Shown piece by piece: positions 39,429-49,664 of a stretch of 64,000 bases of DNA. The stretch's first letter is position 1. Every line of letters starts with the position of its first letter. A program made the translations under genes and the position numbers. The stretch spans positions 130,417-194,416 of the forward strand of contig CANQGD010000001.1 in NCBI GenBank assembly GCA_947601445.1, in the 5' to 3' direction. The notes beneath the pieces were generated by a model. It was not told where the DNA came from. It did not search any database and saw nothing but the letters and a program-made list of their open reading frames with translations. Source of the DNA: an uncultured Clostridia bacterium (GTDB lineage: Bacteria; Bacillota; Clostridia; Christensenellales; CAG-314).

Positions 39429-39665
39429 AAAAAAACCCCAAACTGCCATTGCAGTTTAGGGCGATAAATTAACCGCGGTACCACCTAAATTCAAAAGGTT
39501 AAAGCCTTTCCTCTGTGTTTTGTAACGGAAACAGACCGCAAACGACTACTTTTTTCACCGTTCGAACTCGGAAGTGAATATCTTTTTGCGCATAGACGGG
39601 GCTTACACCATCCCCCGTTCGCTGAATCTAAGTTTATCGCAAACTCTTATGCTTCGTCTTTGTTT
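39429..39665 (-). promoter_or_regulatory. T-box riboswitch leader of pheST
   Basis: Minus strand carries the T-box AATTTAGGTGGTACCGCG (39474-39491). A terminator follows: CCCTAAACTGC-AATG-GCAGTTTGGGG + T7 (39429-39461). Stem I-like elements are GCGATAA, AGCGAA and GGTGTAA. UUC triplets occur in the expected specifier region (for example AUUCAC at about 39575-39580). Confidence 0.85.
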
Positions 39666-39671
39666 TTAATC

Positions 39672-39700
39672 AGTATACCAAAAAAACAGCCGTTTGACAA
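39672..39700 (-). promoter_or_regulatory. Sigma-A-type promoter of the pheST leader
   Basis: Minus strand: TTGTCA (39700-39695), 17-nt spacer, TATACT (39677-39672). Confidence 0.55.
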
Positions 39701-39984
39701 CAGTTTTGAGGCAACTGCAAACTAAAACATAAATTATTATCGAAAATACGATTTTCCCGATCGCGAGAATAATTCGTTGTTCGCGACAGATAGAATAAAA
39801 TTTCAGTTTTTACCCGCCGATATAATCCTTGCAAAGTTGTCGATTTGAAAAATCTCGCTCACGCAAAAAAGCGTGGGACAAACAACAATCACAAATCCAA
39901 ACAACTTTTAAGTTCACGATATTTTGCCTTAGGCAATGTTTTACGCCATAAAATAACTAACCCCCGACTTTGCATTTTCTTTTA

Positions 39985-40881
39985 TTAACGATAAAATTGT
40001 TTGTATATACCCGCCCATATATTATCCGTAGAATTAGATTCCGACATGTCAAATCGAATGGTAAATTTCTTTACACCGTGCCCGGACATACCGTCGTGGA
40101 AATAGTTTATCAAAGCAGTCAGATACTGTTTATCGTACCGCAAATATCCGCGCAGTTTCGACATGAAACTTGAAGCAATCGATGCAATAACGACGCATAC
40201 AAATATTAAACCAAACAACATATACATCGTATAATTTTCAAATAAATCAGGCATCTTTATATCAAGTACGACAACTATCGCAAAAATTAAAATACTGATA
40301 AATGAGCAAATAAAATTAACCTTGATATATTTGCGATATTTTACCAAAAAATCATCGTATTGCTCCGAAAGAGGGGCAAAATATTCTTTTACGCTCATCG
40401 GACTCCCGTCGCTTTTTTGTCCGACTATCACGTCGGGGTTTGCGACTATTCTGCGACCGAGAAGCAAGAAATCGTGCTGAGTATTACGTTTTGACGTATA
40501 TTGATCCTTGTTGACTATTTCTACGCCAAACGGTGCAAAATAAAAAACGGAAATTTTTTTCAGTTGTAAACCTATGGGAATGCCGATGATTGTTATACAT
40601 AACACCACCGTCAACAACAAATAAACAATGCAACCGACAAGACCGCCACCGAACAACAGCCAAAGCGTGTTCATTACGGGATGAGAACCGTAATGCGTTA
40701 CTACCGTTTTACCGGCAGGAGCAAATACCAAAGGGATAAACTTGAAATGTTGCAATCCAAACGGTATGCCTATGATTGAAAGCATGTATCCGATACCCGT
40801 GAAAGCACTGGTTACTACACTTGATATTCCCACAGTAATCACCCAAAAAAAGTTGAAAATAAAATTTAAGACCTTGCGCAT
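39985..40881 (-). CDS. YccF/DUF307-domain inner-membrane protein with extra C-terminal TM region
   Basis: Two tandem YccF-like units (IIGIPFGLQHFKFIPLVFAPAGK and IIGIPIGLQLKKISVFYFAPFG), followed by additional TM helices. Confidence 0.7.
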   Translation of the reverse strand: MRKVLNFIFNFFWVITVGISSVVTSAFTGIGYMLSIIGIPFGLQHFKFIPLVFAPAGKTVVTHYGSHPVMNTLWLLFGGGLVGCIVYLLLTVVLCITIIGIPIGLQLKKISVFYFAPFGVEIVNKDQYTSKRNTQHDFLLLGRRIVANPDVIVGQKSDGSPMSVKEYFAPLSEQYDDFLVKYRKYIKVNFICSFISILIFAIVVVLDIKMPDLFENYTMYMLFGLIFVCVVIASIASSFMSKLRGYLRYDKQYLTALINYFHDGMSGHGVKKFTIRFDMSESNSTDNIWAGIYKQFYR

Positions 40882-40919
40882 TACATATTTCTCCTTTGTA
40901 ATTTAATACAGTCATTATA

Positions 40920-40954
40920 TCCCACATTTCGTGGGAAGTCAACAAAACGTGGGA
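40920..40954. promoter_or_regulatory. Candidate operator in the divergent yccF-like/XRE intergenic region
   Basis: TCCCAC-ATTTC-GTGGGA inverted repeat (40920-40936), plus a second CGTGGGA direct copy 18 nt downstream (40948-40954). Confidence 0.4.
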
Positions 40955-40976
40955 ATAATGCAGTAAATTTTTCTGT

Positions 40977-41189
40977 ATGAAAAACAATGAACTAGGAACA
41001 AAAATAAAAGAACTCCGTTTGGAGCAAAAAATTTCTCAACGTCAACTCGGAGCAGTGTTGGGATTCAGTAATCAAGCGATCAGCGCTTGGGAGTCGGGTT
41101 TGCGCGAACCGGACTGCGATTCTATCGTTAAATTGGCAAAATATTTTAACGTTACAACCGATTATCTTCTGGGATTAAGTAATATTTGA
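40977..41189 (+). CDS. XRE-family (Cro/CI-type) HTH transcriptional regulator
   Basis: 70 aa. LRLEQKISQRQLGAVLGFSNQAISAWESGLREPD...LAKYFNVTTDYLLG is a canonical HTH_3 domain. Confidence 0.8.
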   Translation: MKNNELGTKIKELRLEQKISQRQLGAVLGFSNQAISAWESGLREPDCDSIVKLAKYFNVTTDYLLGLSNI

Positions 41190-41226
41190 TTTCAATTTTT
41201 ATAGCAAAATATTTTGTTGAATTACG

Positions 41227-41910
41227 TTATGCAGCGCCGAGCAAAAGTCCCCCTTGCAAAAATGTATCGGGAACTTTGCCCACTATCACGCTTTCGCACA
41301 ACAAAATAGGCGTATTTGTTTCTACCTCCGTATGAGATGTGGGCAATATCAAATCTACACGGCATACAACATTCAAGTAAATCCTGTGTAAAGTTTGATT
41401 TATTCCCGCCGTCTCAAAGGCAGACGTAAAATTGCACCCAACGTTTCCGATGGGCGACACTTTTACAGATACAGTCTCTCCCAATTCGGATAACAACGGA
41501 ATACCCGACAGCGTGCCGATCGGAATATCTACTTCAAAAGAGCCTAGTTCGGCAATTTTTTGTTGAGTCAATATGGCGGTACTGCGTGCAAGATTGTTTA
41601 CCAACACACTGTTTGCCGTTAACAATACAATATCATTCTCTGCGTTTCTTTCCACCGTTACAAATTGTGAGTAATCCGCGTGATCTGCCAACGCCACCGC
41701 CACCGCTTCGTTGATTGCCATGGTTGTCTCGGCTTTCAAACGCGTTTGCGCTATATCCAAAATGATAGGATTCATTGATCTGCGGTAAAAAAACAATGCA
41801 AGCAATATGGACAGAATAACCGCGATACTAAAAAAAATCGCGATTTTTCTTGTACGTTTACGTCTCTTTTTTTGTTTGGATTGTGTGTTTACTACCGAAT
41901 ATTGAGCCAT
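41227..41910 (-). CDS. yunB: Sporulation protein YunB
   Basis: 227 aa. Basic N-terminus plus a single TM helix, then the YunB-like region (..IVLLTANSVLVNNLARSTAILTQQKI..IPIGTLSGIPLLSELGE..V.V.PIG). Confidence 0.7.
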   Translation of the reverse strand: MAQYSVVNTQSKQKKRRKRTRKIAIFFSIAVILSILLALFFYRRSMNPIILDIAQTRLKAETTMAINEAVAVALADHADYSQFVTVERNAENDIVLLTANSVLVNNLARSTAILTQQKIAELGSFEVDIPIGTLSGIPLLSELGETVSVKVSPIGNVGCNFTSAFETAGINQTLHRIYLNVVCRVDLILPTSHTEVETNTPILLCESVIVGKVPDTFLQGGLLLGAA

Positions 41911-41953
41911 TGTCGTCTTGCCACATTATATTCGGAACAAATCGTAAAAGTTA

Positions 41954-42328
41954 CTATTTCTTTTTTGTGCGGGGACGGAACAGCACCGCCACAAGATAGC
42001 CAGAAACGATTGCGATGCTTACACCGGTGGCACAAGCTGCAAGACCTCCCGTAAACGCGCCGTAAACGCCGTCTTGCTTTGCCGCCTGTACCGCGCCGTG
42101 AACCAAGGCATAACCGAATCCCGATATAGGCACGCTTGCACCGGCGCCCGCAAATTCCACAAGTTTACCGTATAGTCCGAAACCCTCCAAAACAGCGCCG
42201 GCAATCAAAAACAGCACCAAAATTTTTCCGTTGGTAAGATGCGTGTAATTGATTATGATTTGTCCCACAAGACAAATTGCCCCGCCGACCACAAAAGCCT
42301 TTACAAACATTAAAAATATATCCATCAT
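41954..42328 (-). CDS. spoVAE: Stage V sporulation protein AE
   Basis: Start set at MMDIFLMFVKAFVVGGAICLVGQ (ATGA overlap with the spoVAD stop). About 124 aa, 4 TM. The upstream part of the ORF-track frame overlaps spoVAD. Confidence 0.85.
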   Translation of the reverse strand: MMDIFLMFVKAFVVGGAICLVGQIIINYTHLTNGKILVLFLIAGAVLEGFGLYGKLVEFAGAGASVPISGFGYALVHGAVQAAKQDGVYGAFTGGLAACATGVSIAIVSGYLVAVLFRPRTKKK

Positions 42329-43326
42329 GCCGTAACCTCCACAAGATGTGTTATTGCGGGAATACTGTCTCCTTGAAAGGATGTCGTCGGACTCATCAAT
42401 GCGCCCGTTCCCGCAAGTAATATTTTTTTGTATTCGCCTCTGCGCAAGCGGCTCAACAAAACGCTGTTGAACAGCAATGCCGAACAAGCCGCTCCGCTGC
42501 CGCCTTGATATGTTTGTTGCTCGTCCCAATACAGAGACGCACCGCAATCATGCAATTTCGAAGAAATATCGTATCCTTCTTGTGCGGTAAGGTCCATCAA
42601 AATGTCGCTGCCGAGTTTTCCCAAATCACCGGTGTATATTACATCGTAATCGTTCGGCGAAGTATTTGTATCCTTGAAGAACGTCACAATGGTATCGCAT
42701 GCGGAGGGAGCCATTGCAGCGCCCATATTATTTGTATCCATAACGCCGTAATCAATTACTCTGCCAATTGTCGCACGAGTAATTCTCGGCACTTTTTGCT
42801 CGGATCTATCCGACAAAACGGTTGCACCAACTCCCGTTGCGGTCCATTGCGTGACGGGCGAACGTAAAACTCCCAATTCCAAAGGATAACGATACTGTCT
42901 TTCCGCAGTGGAAAAATGGCTGCCGGCACAACATACAACATTCTCCAACCCGCTGTTCAGCATAGATGAACCGATAATAAGACTTTCCGCAAATGTAGCG
43001 CAAGCATTATATATTCCCAAAAAGCCCGCGTGGTTCTTTTTTGCGGCAAAGGAAGCCGAAACGATCTGGTTCAACAAATCTCCGGCTATGACTGCGTCTA
43101 TATCCACTTCGTTTAGGTTGGCTTTTGCAATCGCACCTTCTATCGCGTGTTCGAACATTTTACGTTCCGCGCGTTCAAACGTGTTTTGAGCAAACATATC
43201 GTTTTCCAATGCAAAGTCGAAAAAGCCCTTGTAGCGTCCGTCATTTTCTTTGGGACCGGCAATTGTATATCCCTCTACGACAAAAGAATTTGAAAAACAA
43301 AGCGTACGTTTTTTATAGTAGTCCAT
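42325..43326 (-). CDS. spoVAD: Stage V sporulation protein AD (thiolase-fold)
   Basis: MDYYKKRTLCFSNSFVVEGYTIAGPKE... and the rest of the sequence are typical of SpoVAD. Start trimmed to ATG 43326, just after the spoVAC stop. Confidence 0.9.
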   Translation of the reverse strand: MDYYKKRTLCFSNSFVVEGYTIAGPKENDGRYKGFFDFALENDMFAQNTFERAERKMFEHAIEGAIAKANLNEVDIDAVIAGDLLNQIVSASFAAKKNHAGFLGIYNACATFAESLIIGSSMLNSGLENVVCCAGSHFSTAERQYRYPLELGVLRSPVTQWTATGVGATVLSDRSEQKVPRITRATIGRVIDYGVMDTNNMGAAMAPSACDTIVTFFKDTNTSPNDYDVIYTGDLGKLGSDILMDLTAQEGYDISSKLHDCGASLYWDEQQTYQGGSGAACSALLFNSVLLSRLRRGEYKKILLAGTGALMSPTTSFQGDSIPAITHLVEVTA

Positions 43327-43327
43327 A

Positions 43328-43783
43328 TCAACCACCCAATCCGAATAAAAGCGTAATAAGCGCAACGACAACGGAAATTGTGACTCCGTTTACAATTACG
43401 GGTCCGGCAACCAAAAACATTTTCGCTCCGACTCCGTATACATATCCCTCTGCACGAAATTCCAATGCCGGCGATACAACAGCATTGGAAAAACCCGTTA
43501 TCGGAATTGTCGATCCTGCGCCGGCAAAGCGCCCGATCGAATCATATACTCCGAAACCCGTCAGCAATGCGGCTAAAAAGACCAAGGTTGCCGAAGCAAG
43601 AACCGAAGCGTCTTGGGCATTAAACCACAAAGAATACAAGTAAATAAACGCCTGCCCAATAGCACATATAGTACCGCCTATCAAAAAAGCCCATATCATA
43701 TTTTTCCAATGCGAGCTTTTGGGCATTTTTTCAAATACGTAGGACTTGTAATTTTCTCTTGTAATTTCTGCGTTAGACTCCAT
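43328..43783 (-). CDS. spoVAC: Stage V sporulation protein AC
   Basis: 151 aa, 4 TM. Conserved GAGSTIPITGFSNAV segment. Confidence 0.9.
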   Translation of the reverse strand: MESNAEITRENYKSYVFEKMPKSSHWKNMIWAFLIGGTICAIGQAFIYLYSLWFNAQDASVLASATLVFLAALLTGFGVYDSIGRFAGAGSTIPITGFSNAVVSPALEFRAEGYVYGVGAKMFLVAGPVIVNGVTISVVVALITLLFGLGG

Positions 43784-44197
43784 ACTTCACCTATTTTTCG
43801 GAAATTTGATTGTTTTTGTTTTCCAAATCAAATACAGCAGGAAAAAGCGTTTCGCGTTCGTCGCTGTTGCTTCCGTATTTTCTCTCCTTGGGATATTTCA
43901 TAACACCATTTTTGCCATAAATACTCCTATTTATTCGCAATTTTTTTTTACATTCATCATTTGTTATCGAGAATTTCAAAGGCAAATAATTTATTATGTC
44001 TGAAATAGTAATATACAAAATAGCGATTTCCGTAATAGTAAAAGTTATTTTCAAAAAACTAACAACAACTAAGATATAGCTGCAATATATAAATATTATA
44101 TATATAAGTACTGTTTACAAACGAGACAAACAAATAAAAAAATACTCACTTAAATTTGATAAAAAAATTTTTGTTAAAAATTCACCTCTTTTACACT

Positions 44198-44234
44198 ACA
44201 AAATAGTAAAGGCTGCCGCATAAAACGACAGCCT
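44198..44234 (-). terminator. Terminator after glgA
   Basis: Minus strand: AGGCTG...CAGCCT hairpin followed by TTACTATTTT. Confidence 0.45.
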
Positions 44235-44306
44235 AAAACAAACAATTTGAATTTGTCTCTACGGTATCATATAATAAACGGTCATATAAACAAGGAGACA
44301 CGTCGA

Positions 44307-45737
44307 TTAGTTCGTTAATTCACGATACAACATTTCATAACCTTCGGCAGATTTTTTCCAAGTAAAATCTGTATCCATGGCTTTTTTCACCAATTCGTTC
44401 CATTTATCCGTTTGTCGATAAAGCGCAAGCGCTTCTTTAAGAACGTAATGCATATCATGAGCATTGTAGTTGGCAAATGTAAACCCGTTTCCGCCTGCAC
44501 CATATGGTTTTATGCTATCTTTGAGTCCACCTGTTTCGCGCACTATCGCCACCGTTCCGTAACGGGACGCGATCATCTGCGACAGCCCGCACGGTTCGCT
44601 TTTTGAAGGCATAAGGAAGATGTCCGCCCCCGAATAAATCTGACGGGACAACTCCGGATTAAACGCGATTATCGCCGCCACTCTTTGCGGATGACGAGCA
44701 GCCAACTCGGTAAAATAATGCTCGTAGTATCCTTCCCCTGTGCCGAGTATGACGAGTTGCATATCTTCTTCAAGCGCTTCGTCGATAGCTGCCGTTACCA
44801 AATCAAGTCCTTTGTGATCCACAAGCCGCGTTATCATTGCGACAATCGGCGTATCGGGACGCACCTGTAAATTAAGCATACGTTGCAATTGCTCTTTGCA
44901 CACCGCCTTCGGCGCAAGATTGGTCGCGTCGTAGTTGGCAAATAGCGCTTTGTCCGTAGCGGGATTGTAGTATTCATAATCGATTCCGTTAAGTATTCCG
45001 CAAAGTTTGGCTTCGTTTCTGCAAACCATTGCATCCAACCCATGCGAGAAATATGGATTTTTAATTTCCTCGGCATAAGTCGGCGATACTGTTGTAAACC
45101 GATCGCAACACTCTATCGCGCCTTTCATTAAATTGATGCATCCGTTATATTCCACCATGCCTTGATAATATCCATCAATGCCGAATAGCCATTGAAGGTT
45201 ATCTATCGAATACTTACCTTGATATTCGATATTATGAATGGTAAATACAGTCTTAATGTTTCGATATTCTTCTGTGCGGCAATAAATTGTTTTAAGGTAT
45301 ATTGCAGCCAAAGCCGCTTGCCAATCGTGACAATGCAAAATGTCGGGGTAAAAATCTATCAGCGGCATAATTTCCAAAACGCTGCGACAGAAAAACGCAA
45401 ATCTTTCTCCGTCGTCGAAATGTCCGTAACAACCCTTACGCTTGAAATAATATTCGTTATCGACAAAGTAGAACGTTACGCCGTCTTTTACATATTCGAA
45501 AACTCCGCAGTACTGATTGCGCCATGCAACGGGAACCGTAGTGTTGCCGATAAATTTGAACTGCTCACGGTATTCCTGCTTTATTTCCATATATAGCGGA
45601 ATTACAACTCTTACGTCATAACGTTTGCTTTTTGCGGCAAGCGCTTTGGAAAGCGAACCGATCACCTCAGCCAAACCGCCGGTTGCAATAAACGGAGACG
45701 CTTCCGACGCCACAAAAAGAATTTTTTCTCTTTTCAT
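44307..45737 (-). CDS. glgA: Glycogen synthase
   Basis: 476 aa. N-terminal FVASEASPFIATGGLAEV (KTGGL-type motif). GT5 family features. Confidence 0.93.
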   Translation of the reverse strand: MKREKILFVASEASPFIATGGLAEVIGSLSKALAAKSKRYDVRVVIPLYMEIKQEYREQFKFIGNTTVPVAWRNQYCGVFEYVKDGVTFYFVDNEYYFKRKGCYGHFDDGERFAFFCRSVLEIMPLIDFYPDILHCHDWQAALAAIYLKTIYCRTEEYRNIKTVFTIHNIEYQGKYSIDNLQWLFGIDGYYQGMVEYNGCINLMKGAIECCDRFTTVSPTYAEEIKNPYFSHGLDAMVCRNEAKLCGILNGIDYEYYNPATDKALFANYDATNLAPKAVCKEQLQRMLNLQVRPDTPIVAMITRLVDHKGLDLVTAAIDEALEEDMQLVILGTGEGYYEHYFTELAARHPQRVAAIIAFNPELSRQIYSGADIFLMPSKSEPCGLSQMIASRYGTVAIVRETGGLKDSIKPYGAGGNGFTFANYNAHDMHYVLKEALALYRQTDKWNELVKKAMDTDFTWKKSAEGYEMLYRELTN

Positions 45738-45748
45738 TTTTTCCTCCT

Positions 45749-46864
45749 TTACAACATTTTACCCTTAGAGACATAGTACGGCAATTCCTCACATCCGGCA
45801 AGACGCCGTCTGTCGCGTATTACTACGTTTTTATCCGTAATTACGCAATCCAACTGTGCCGCAGAGCCGATCATTGTTTCCTGCATCAGTACGGAATTGC
45901 GCACAATACTGCCTTTCCCCACCTTTACTCCGCGGAATAATATACTGTTCTCCACCGTCCCTTCTATCAAGCAACCGTCCGAAACAAGAGAATTTTTTAC
46001 AACAGCGCCTTCGATATATTTTGAAGGGGCAGAGTCGCGCACTTTGGTATAAATGTCTCTCGCGCCGAACAATTCATCTCGAACGTTTTTATCCAACATT
46101 TGCATACTGTATTTGAAATATCTGGATAGAGACGTTATACCTGCATAGTAACCGTTGAATTTATATCCGAAAATGCGCATTGTGTTGACATTTTTAGATA
46201 AAATTTCTCTTCCGAAACTGGAATAACCGCTTTGTACGGCATTTTGTATGATGTCCATCAAATATTCGCGTTGTACAACCATCACATTGATGTACAAATT
46301 GATTTTTTCACCGTTGTTAACACGCGGATTTATCTTCAATCCATTGACGCGGCCGAAAGAATCAGTGTCCAAGGTTATGTAATAATGTGATTCAACGCTA
46401 TCCGTCTCGTGATAAACCATGGTTATGTCGGCATGCGATTCTTCGTGAAAACGCACCACGTCGGCTATATCGATTCGAGAAACGCCGTCTCCGTCATACA
46501 AAACAACGTAATCTTCTTTTCTATGACGCAAAAATCCCGTTATTCCTTTCAACGCTTCGAGACGATTTTTATAAGGAGCGTCAGTCTCGTTGCTATATGG
46601 CGGCAACAAGATAATACCTCCGTCTTTGCGAGCCAAATCCCACTCTTTTCCGCTTCCTATATGATCGATAAGGGATTGATAGTTGTTTTTGGTAACAATA
46701 CCCACCGTTGTGATACCCGAATTTACAAGATTGCTAAGCGCAAAGTCAATCAAACGGTATCTGCCGGCAAATGGAATTGATGCCAATGTCCTGTGCGACG
46801 ACAGCTCGGGAATGTTTTTATCCTGTATGTTTGTAAAAATAACGCCTACGGCTGAACGTGCCAT
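45749..46864 (-). CDS. glgD: Glucose-1-phosphate adenylyltransferase subunit GlgD
   Basis: 371 aa GlgC paralog lacking the GGxGxRL loop (reads TLASIPFAGRYRLIDFALSN). Sits between glgC and glgA, as in Firmicutes. Confidence 0.87.
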   Translation of the reverse strand: MARSAVGVIFTNIQDKNIPELSSHRTLASIPFAGRYRLIDFALSNLVNSGITTVGIVTKNNYQSLIDHIGSGKEWDLARKDGGIILLPPYSNETDAPYKNRLEALKGITGFLRHRKEDYVVLYDGDGVSRIDIADVVRFHEESHADITMVYHETDSVESHYYITLDTDSFGRVNGLKINPRVNNGEKINLYINVMVVQREYLMDIIQNAVQSGYSSFGREILSKNVNTMRIFGYKFNGYYAGITSLSRYFKYSMQMLDKNVRDELFGARDIYTKVRDSAPSKYIEGAVVKNSLVSDGCLIEGTVENSILFRGVKVGKGSIVRNSVLMQETMIGSAAQLDCVITDKNVVIRDRRRLAGCEELPYYVSKGKML

Positions 46865-46868
46865 TTGT

Positions 46869-48065
46869 CTAATCCCCCTTGTAGTCTTTGTCGATTATTT
46901 TTCCGCTTTCAACCTTGGCATCGGGCGACACTGTTAAATTTCTACCCAAAACGGTTATGCCTTTTGCAGTTTCTTTACTCTCGCCCACCGTAGCGTTGCT
47001 TTCTATCGTAACATTTTCGTCTATTACCGAATAATAAACTTGTGCGCCGCGTTTTATTACCGTACCGGACATTATCACGCTGTCAACCACTTTGGCGCCG
47101 TCTTCCACTATCACGTTACTCGATAAAATGGAGTTTTGCACCGTACCGTATATTTCGCACCCCAATGCGATCATACTGTTGTCCACTCTGCCGGTTTCAC
47201 TGATATATTCCGGCGGCGCAAGAGGATTGCGCGAATGAATTTTCCAAGTAGGGTCGCTTACGTCGAAAGCCGGTTCGGAACCCAACAGGTCCATATTTGA
47301 TTCCCACAACGCCGAAATAGTTCCAACGTCTTTCCAATATCCCGCAAAACGATATGAGAACATTTTCTCACCCGCATTTAGCATTGCAGGCAAAACATCC
47401 TTACCGAAGTCTTTGCTCGAAGCTGCGTCCTGCTCATCTTGTTCAAGATATTTGTAAAGTTTTTCCGCCGTAAAAATGTATATTCCCATTGATGCAAGAT
47501 TGCTTTTGGGAACTTTGGGCTTCTCCTCAAATTGATATATGGAACCGTCATTGTTTACATTCAGAATACCGAAACGAGACGCTTCTTCAAAAGGCACTTC
47601 TATCGCCGCTATGGTACAGTCCGCGCCCGTGGCGATATGTGCGCTAAGCATCTTTGCGTAATTCATCTTGTAAATATGGTCTCCCGAAAGGATCAACACA
47701 TAATCGGGATTATATTTTTTCATAAAGCCCATATTCTGATATATCGCGTTTGCCGTGCCCTCGTACCAAGACGATTTCTTCTTTGCTTGATAAGGAGAAA
47801 GAATATGGACACCGCCAAAACTCCTATCCAAATCCCACGGCTGTCCGTTTCCGATATATTCGTTAAGCTCCAACGGTTCGTACTGCGTCAAAACGCCCAC
47901 TGTATCTATACCGGAATTGATACAGTTGCTCAAAGGGAAATCTATAATACGATATTTTGCGCCAAACGCAACAGCAGGTTTGGCAATATTGTTAGTCAAA
48001 GCATACAATCGACTGCCTTGTCCTCCCGCGAGAAGCATTGCAACACATTCTTTTTTTCTTTGCAT
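46869..48065 (-). CDS. glgC: Glucose-1-phosphate adenylyltransferase
   Basis: [41 protein letters not shown], left-handed beta-helix C-terminus. Confidence 0.93.
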   Translation of the reverse strand: MQRKKECVAMLLAGGQGSRLYALTNNIAKPAVAFGAKYRIIDFPLSNCINSGIDTVGVLTQYEPLELNEYIGNGQPWDLDRSFGGVHILSPYQAKKKSSWYEGTANAIYQNMGFMKKYNPDYVLILSGDHIYKMNYAKMLSAHIATGADCTIAAIEVPFEEASRFGILNVNNDGSIYQFEEKPKVPKSNLASMGIYIFTAEKLYKYLEQDEQDAASSKDFGKDVLPAMLNAGEKMFSYRFAGYWKDVGTISALWESNMDLLGSEPAFDVSDPTWKIHSRNPLAPPEYISETGRVDNSMIALGCEIYGTVQNSILSSNVIVEDGAKVVDSVIMSGTVIKRGAQVYYSVIDENVTIESNATVGESKETAKGITVLGRNLTVSPDAKVESGKIIDKDYKGD

Positions 48066-48195
48066 ACATCCTCCGTCGGCAAATTTGCTTTATAGCAAAT
48101 AATACCATATTTGAATTATAGCACATTAAAATTTACTTTTCTATACTTATTAAAAATTTTTACGGATAAAATGTAAAAAAATTATTTGTCAAACA

Positions 48196-48223
48196 TAAAA
48201 AACAACCGCACACACGGTTGTTT
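48196..48223 (-). terminator. Terminator after scpB
   Basis: Minus strand: AACAACCG-TGTGTG-CGGTTGTT followed by TTTTT. Confidence 0.6.
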
Positions 48224-48244
48224 CAAACAGAAAAATTTTATCGA

Positions 48245-48874
48245 TTATTCTACTTTTTTTACGTCCTCGCCCACAAGAAAATCGGGAACTTCCTCAACAT
48301 TATCGAACATCGGTTTTTCCACTATTTCCACGTGAGCGCCGACAGATATTTGCTGTAATTTGTCAAGCAGCGTTTCATAATCCGGCAAATCCTTGATATC
48401 GCTGATTGAAAATCGCTTCAAAAATTCATCCGTAGTGGCAAAAAGCAAAGGTTTTCCGATGGTTTCTTTTCTTCCGACACATTCCACCAATCCCAAACGC
48501 ACCAAATTTTGAACCGAATAAGTGCAGTCAACGCTGCGGATTTCCTCAACCTCTATACGCGTTACGGGCTGTTTATAAGCGATTATCGCCAATGTTTCAA
48601 GCATAGCGTTCGTCAACTCTTTTTCTTTTATCGGGTTCAACACCGCTTCTACCTCTTTGGCGTAGGACGGATTTGTTGCAAATTGTAATTTTTTGTTGAA
48701 ACGTAACAAATGTATACCGCTTTCTCCGCTGTATTTGACAAGCAACTCGGATACTGCTTCCGTAAATTGTTTATCGGAAGCATTCAATTTTTCTTTTAAA
48801 AAACTTTCCTCAACCGCTTTGCCCGATACAAACAACACCGATTCGATTTGATTAGCCAACAGATTCATATTCAT
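48245..48874 (-). CDS. scpB: Segregation and condensation protein B
   Basis: 209 aa. IESVLFVSGKAV..., two winged-helix repeats (ETLAIIAYKQPVTRIEVEEIRSV). Confidence 0.9.
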   Translation of the reverse strand: MNMNLLANQIESVLFVSGKAVEESFLKEKLNASDKQFTEAVSELLVKYSGESGIHLLRFNKKLQFATNPSYAKEVEAVLNPIKEKELTNAMLETLAIIAYKQPVTRIEVEEIRSVDCTYSVQNLVRLGLVECVGRKETIGKPLLFATTDEFLKRFSISDIKDLPDYETLLDKLQQISVGAHVEIVEKPMFDNVEEVPDFLVGEDVKKVE

Positions 48875-49664
48875 CTCCGATTAAAGCCTCGATATTATCG
48901 CTATCGGGGCGCTTTTCTATTTCTATTTCTTCAAAAAGACCCTTTTGAGTAACCTTGATAATTTGCAGTTTCAACAGCTCGAGCACTGCCAAAAAAGTAG
49001 TTACAATTTCGTTTTTGCTTGTACTTTCATCGAACAACTGACTCAACAAAAATCTATCCTCTACAAGTAGAATTTCTCTTATGTGAGCTATCTTTTGAGA
49101 TACGGAAAAACTTTCCTTTGTAATTGCGCGAGAGACGTTTTCGGCGGCATTTTTAACTTGCATACGCATCAAAAACTTTCCAAATGCTTCGATAAACCCT
49201 TCGACGCTCAGATTTTCCTTTACAACCGTCACTTCTTTGCCGACGTTTTTGTCCGGTTCTCTGTAAAACCTGTCCACGTTTTCCTGTTCTTTCAGCTCCG
49301 TGACAATTTCCTTGAAGAGTTTATATTCTTCAAGTTGCCTGATGAGCATCTTTTCGGGACTTTCATCGCCGTTGTCCGTTTCTATAATTATCGGTAAAAG
49401 AGCACGGGATTTTATTTCCAACAAGGTTGCCGACATCGCCATATATTCACTTGCCTTATCCACATCCAAATCGGCAATTTGATCCATATATTGTAAAAAC
49501 TGCTCCGTAACCTGCGAGACAAAAATATCCTTTATTTCGATTTTATTTTCTTTTACAAGCGCAAGCAGCAAATCCAGCGGACCGTTGAAATTCGATAATT
49601 TCAGTTCCAACTCCGACTTTTGCTCATCGAATATATACTGTTGTTCAAGTTGTTTTTCAGCCAC
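48852..49664 (-). CDS. scpA: Segregation and condensation protein A
   Basis: 270 aa. FNGPLDLLLALVKENKIEIKDI and C-terminal VVTFLAVLELLK are kleisin ScpA hallmarks. Confidence 0.9.
   Translation of the reverse strand: MAEKQLEQQYIFDEQKSELELKLSNFNGPLDLLLALVKENKIEIKDIFVSQVTEQFLQYMDQIADLDVDKASEYMAMSATLLEIKSRALLPIIIETDNGDESPEKMLIRQLEEYKLFKEIVTELKEQENVDRFYREPDKNVGKEVTVVKENLSVEGFIEAFGKFLMRMQVKNAAENVSRAITKESFSVSQKIAHIREILLVEDRFLLSQLFDESTSKNEIVTTFLAVLELLKLQIIKVTQKGLFEEIEIEKRPDSDNIEALIGDEYESVG

Noticed and set aside
43791-44054. 87-aa ORF immediately upstream of spoVAC.
   Set aside because: It has no RBS and an AT-rich low-complexity N-terminus. It occupies the region where the forespore promoter of the spoVA operon is expected. 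I could not identify that promoter confidently either, so neither is reported as a feature.
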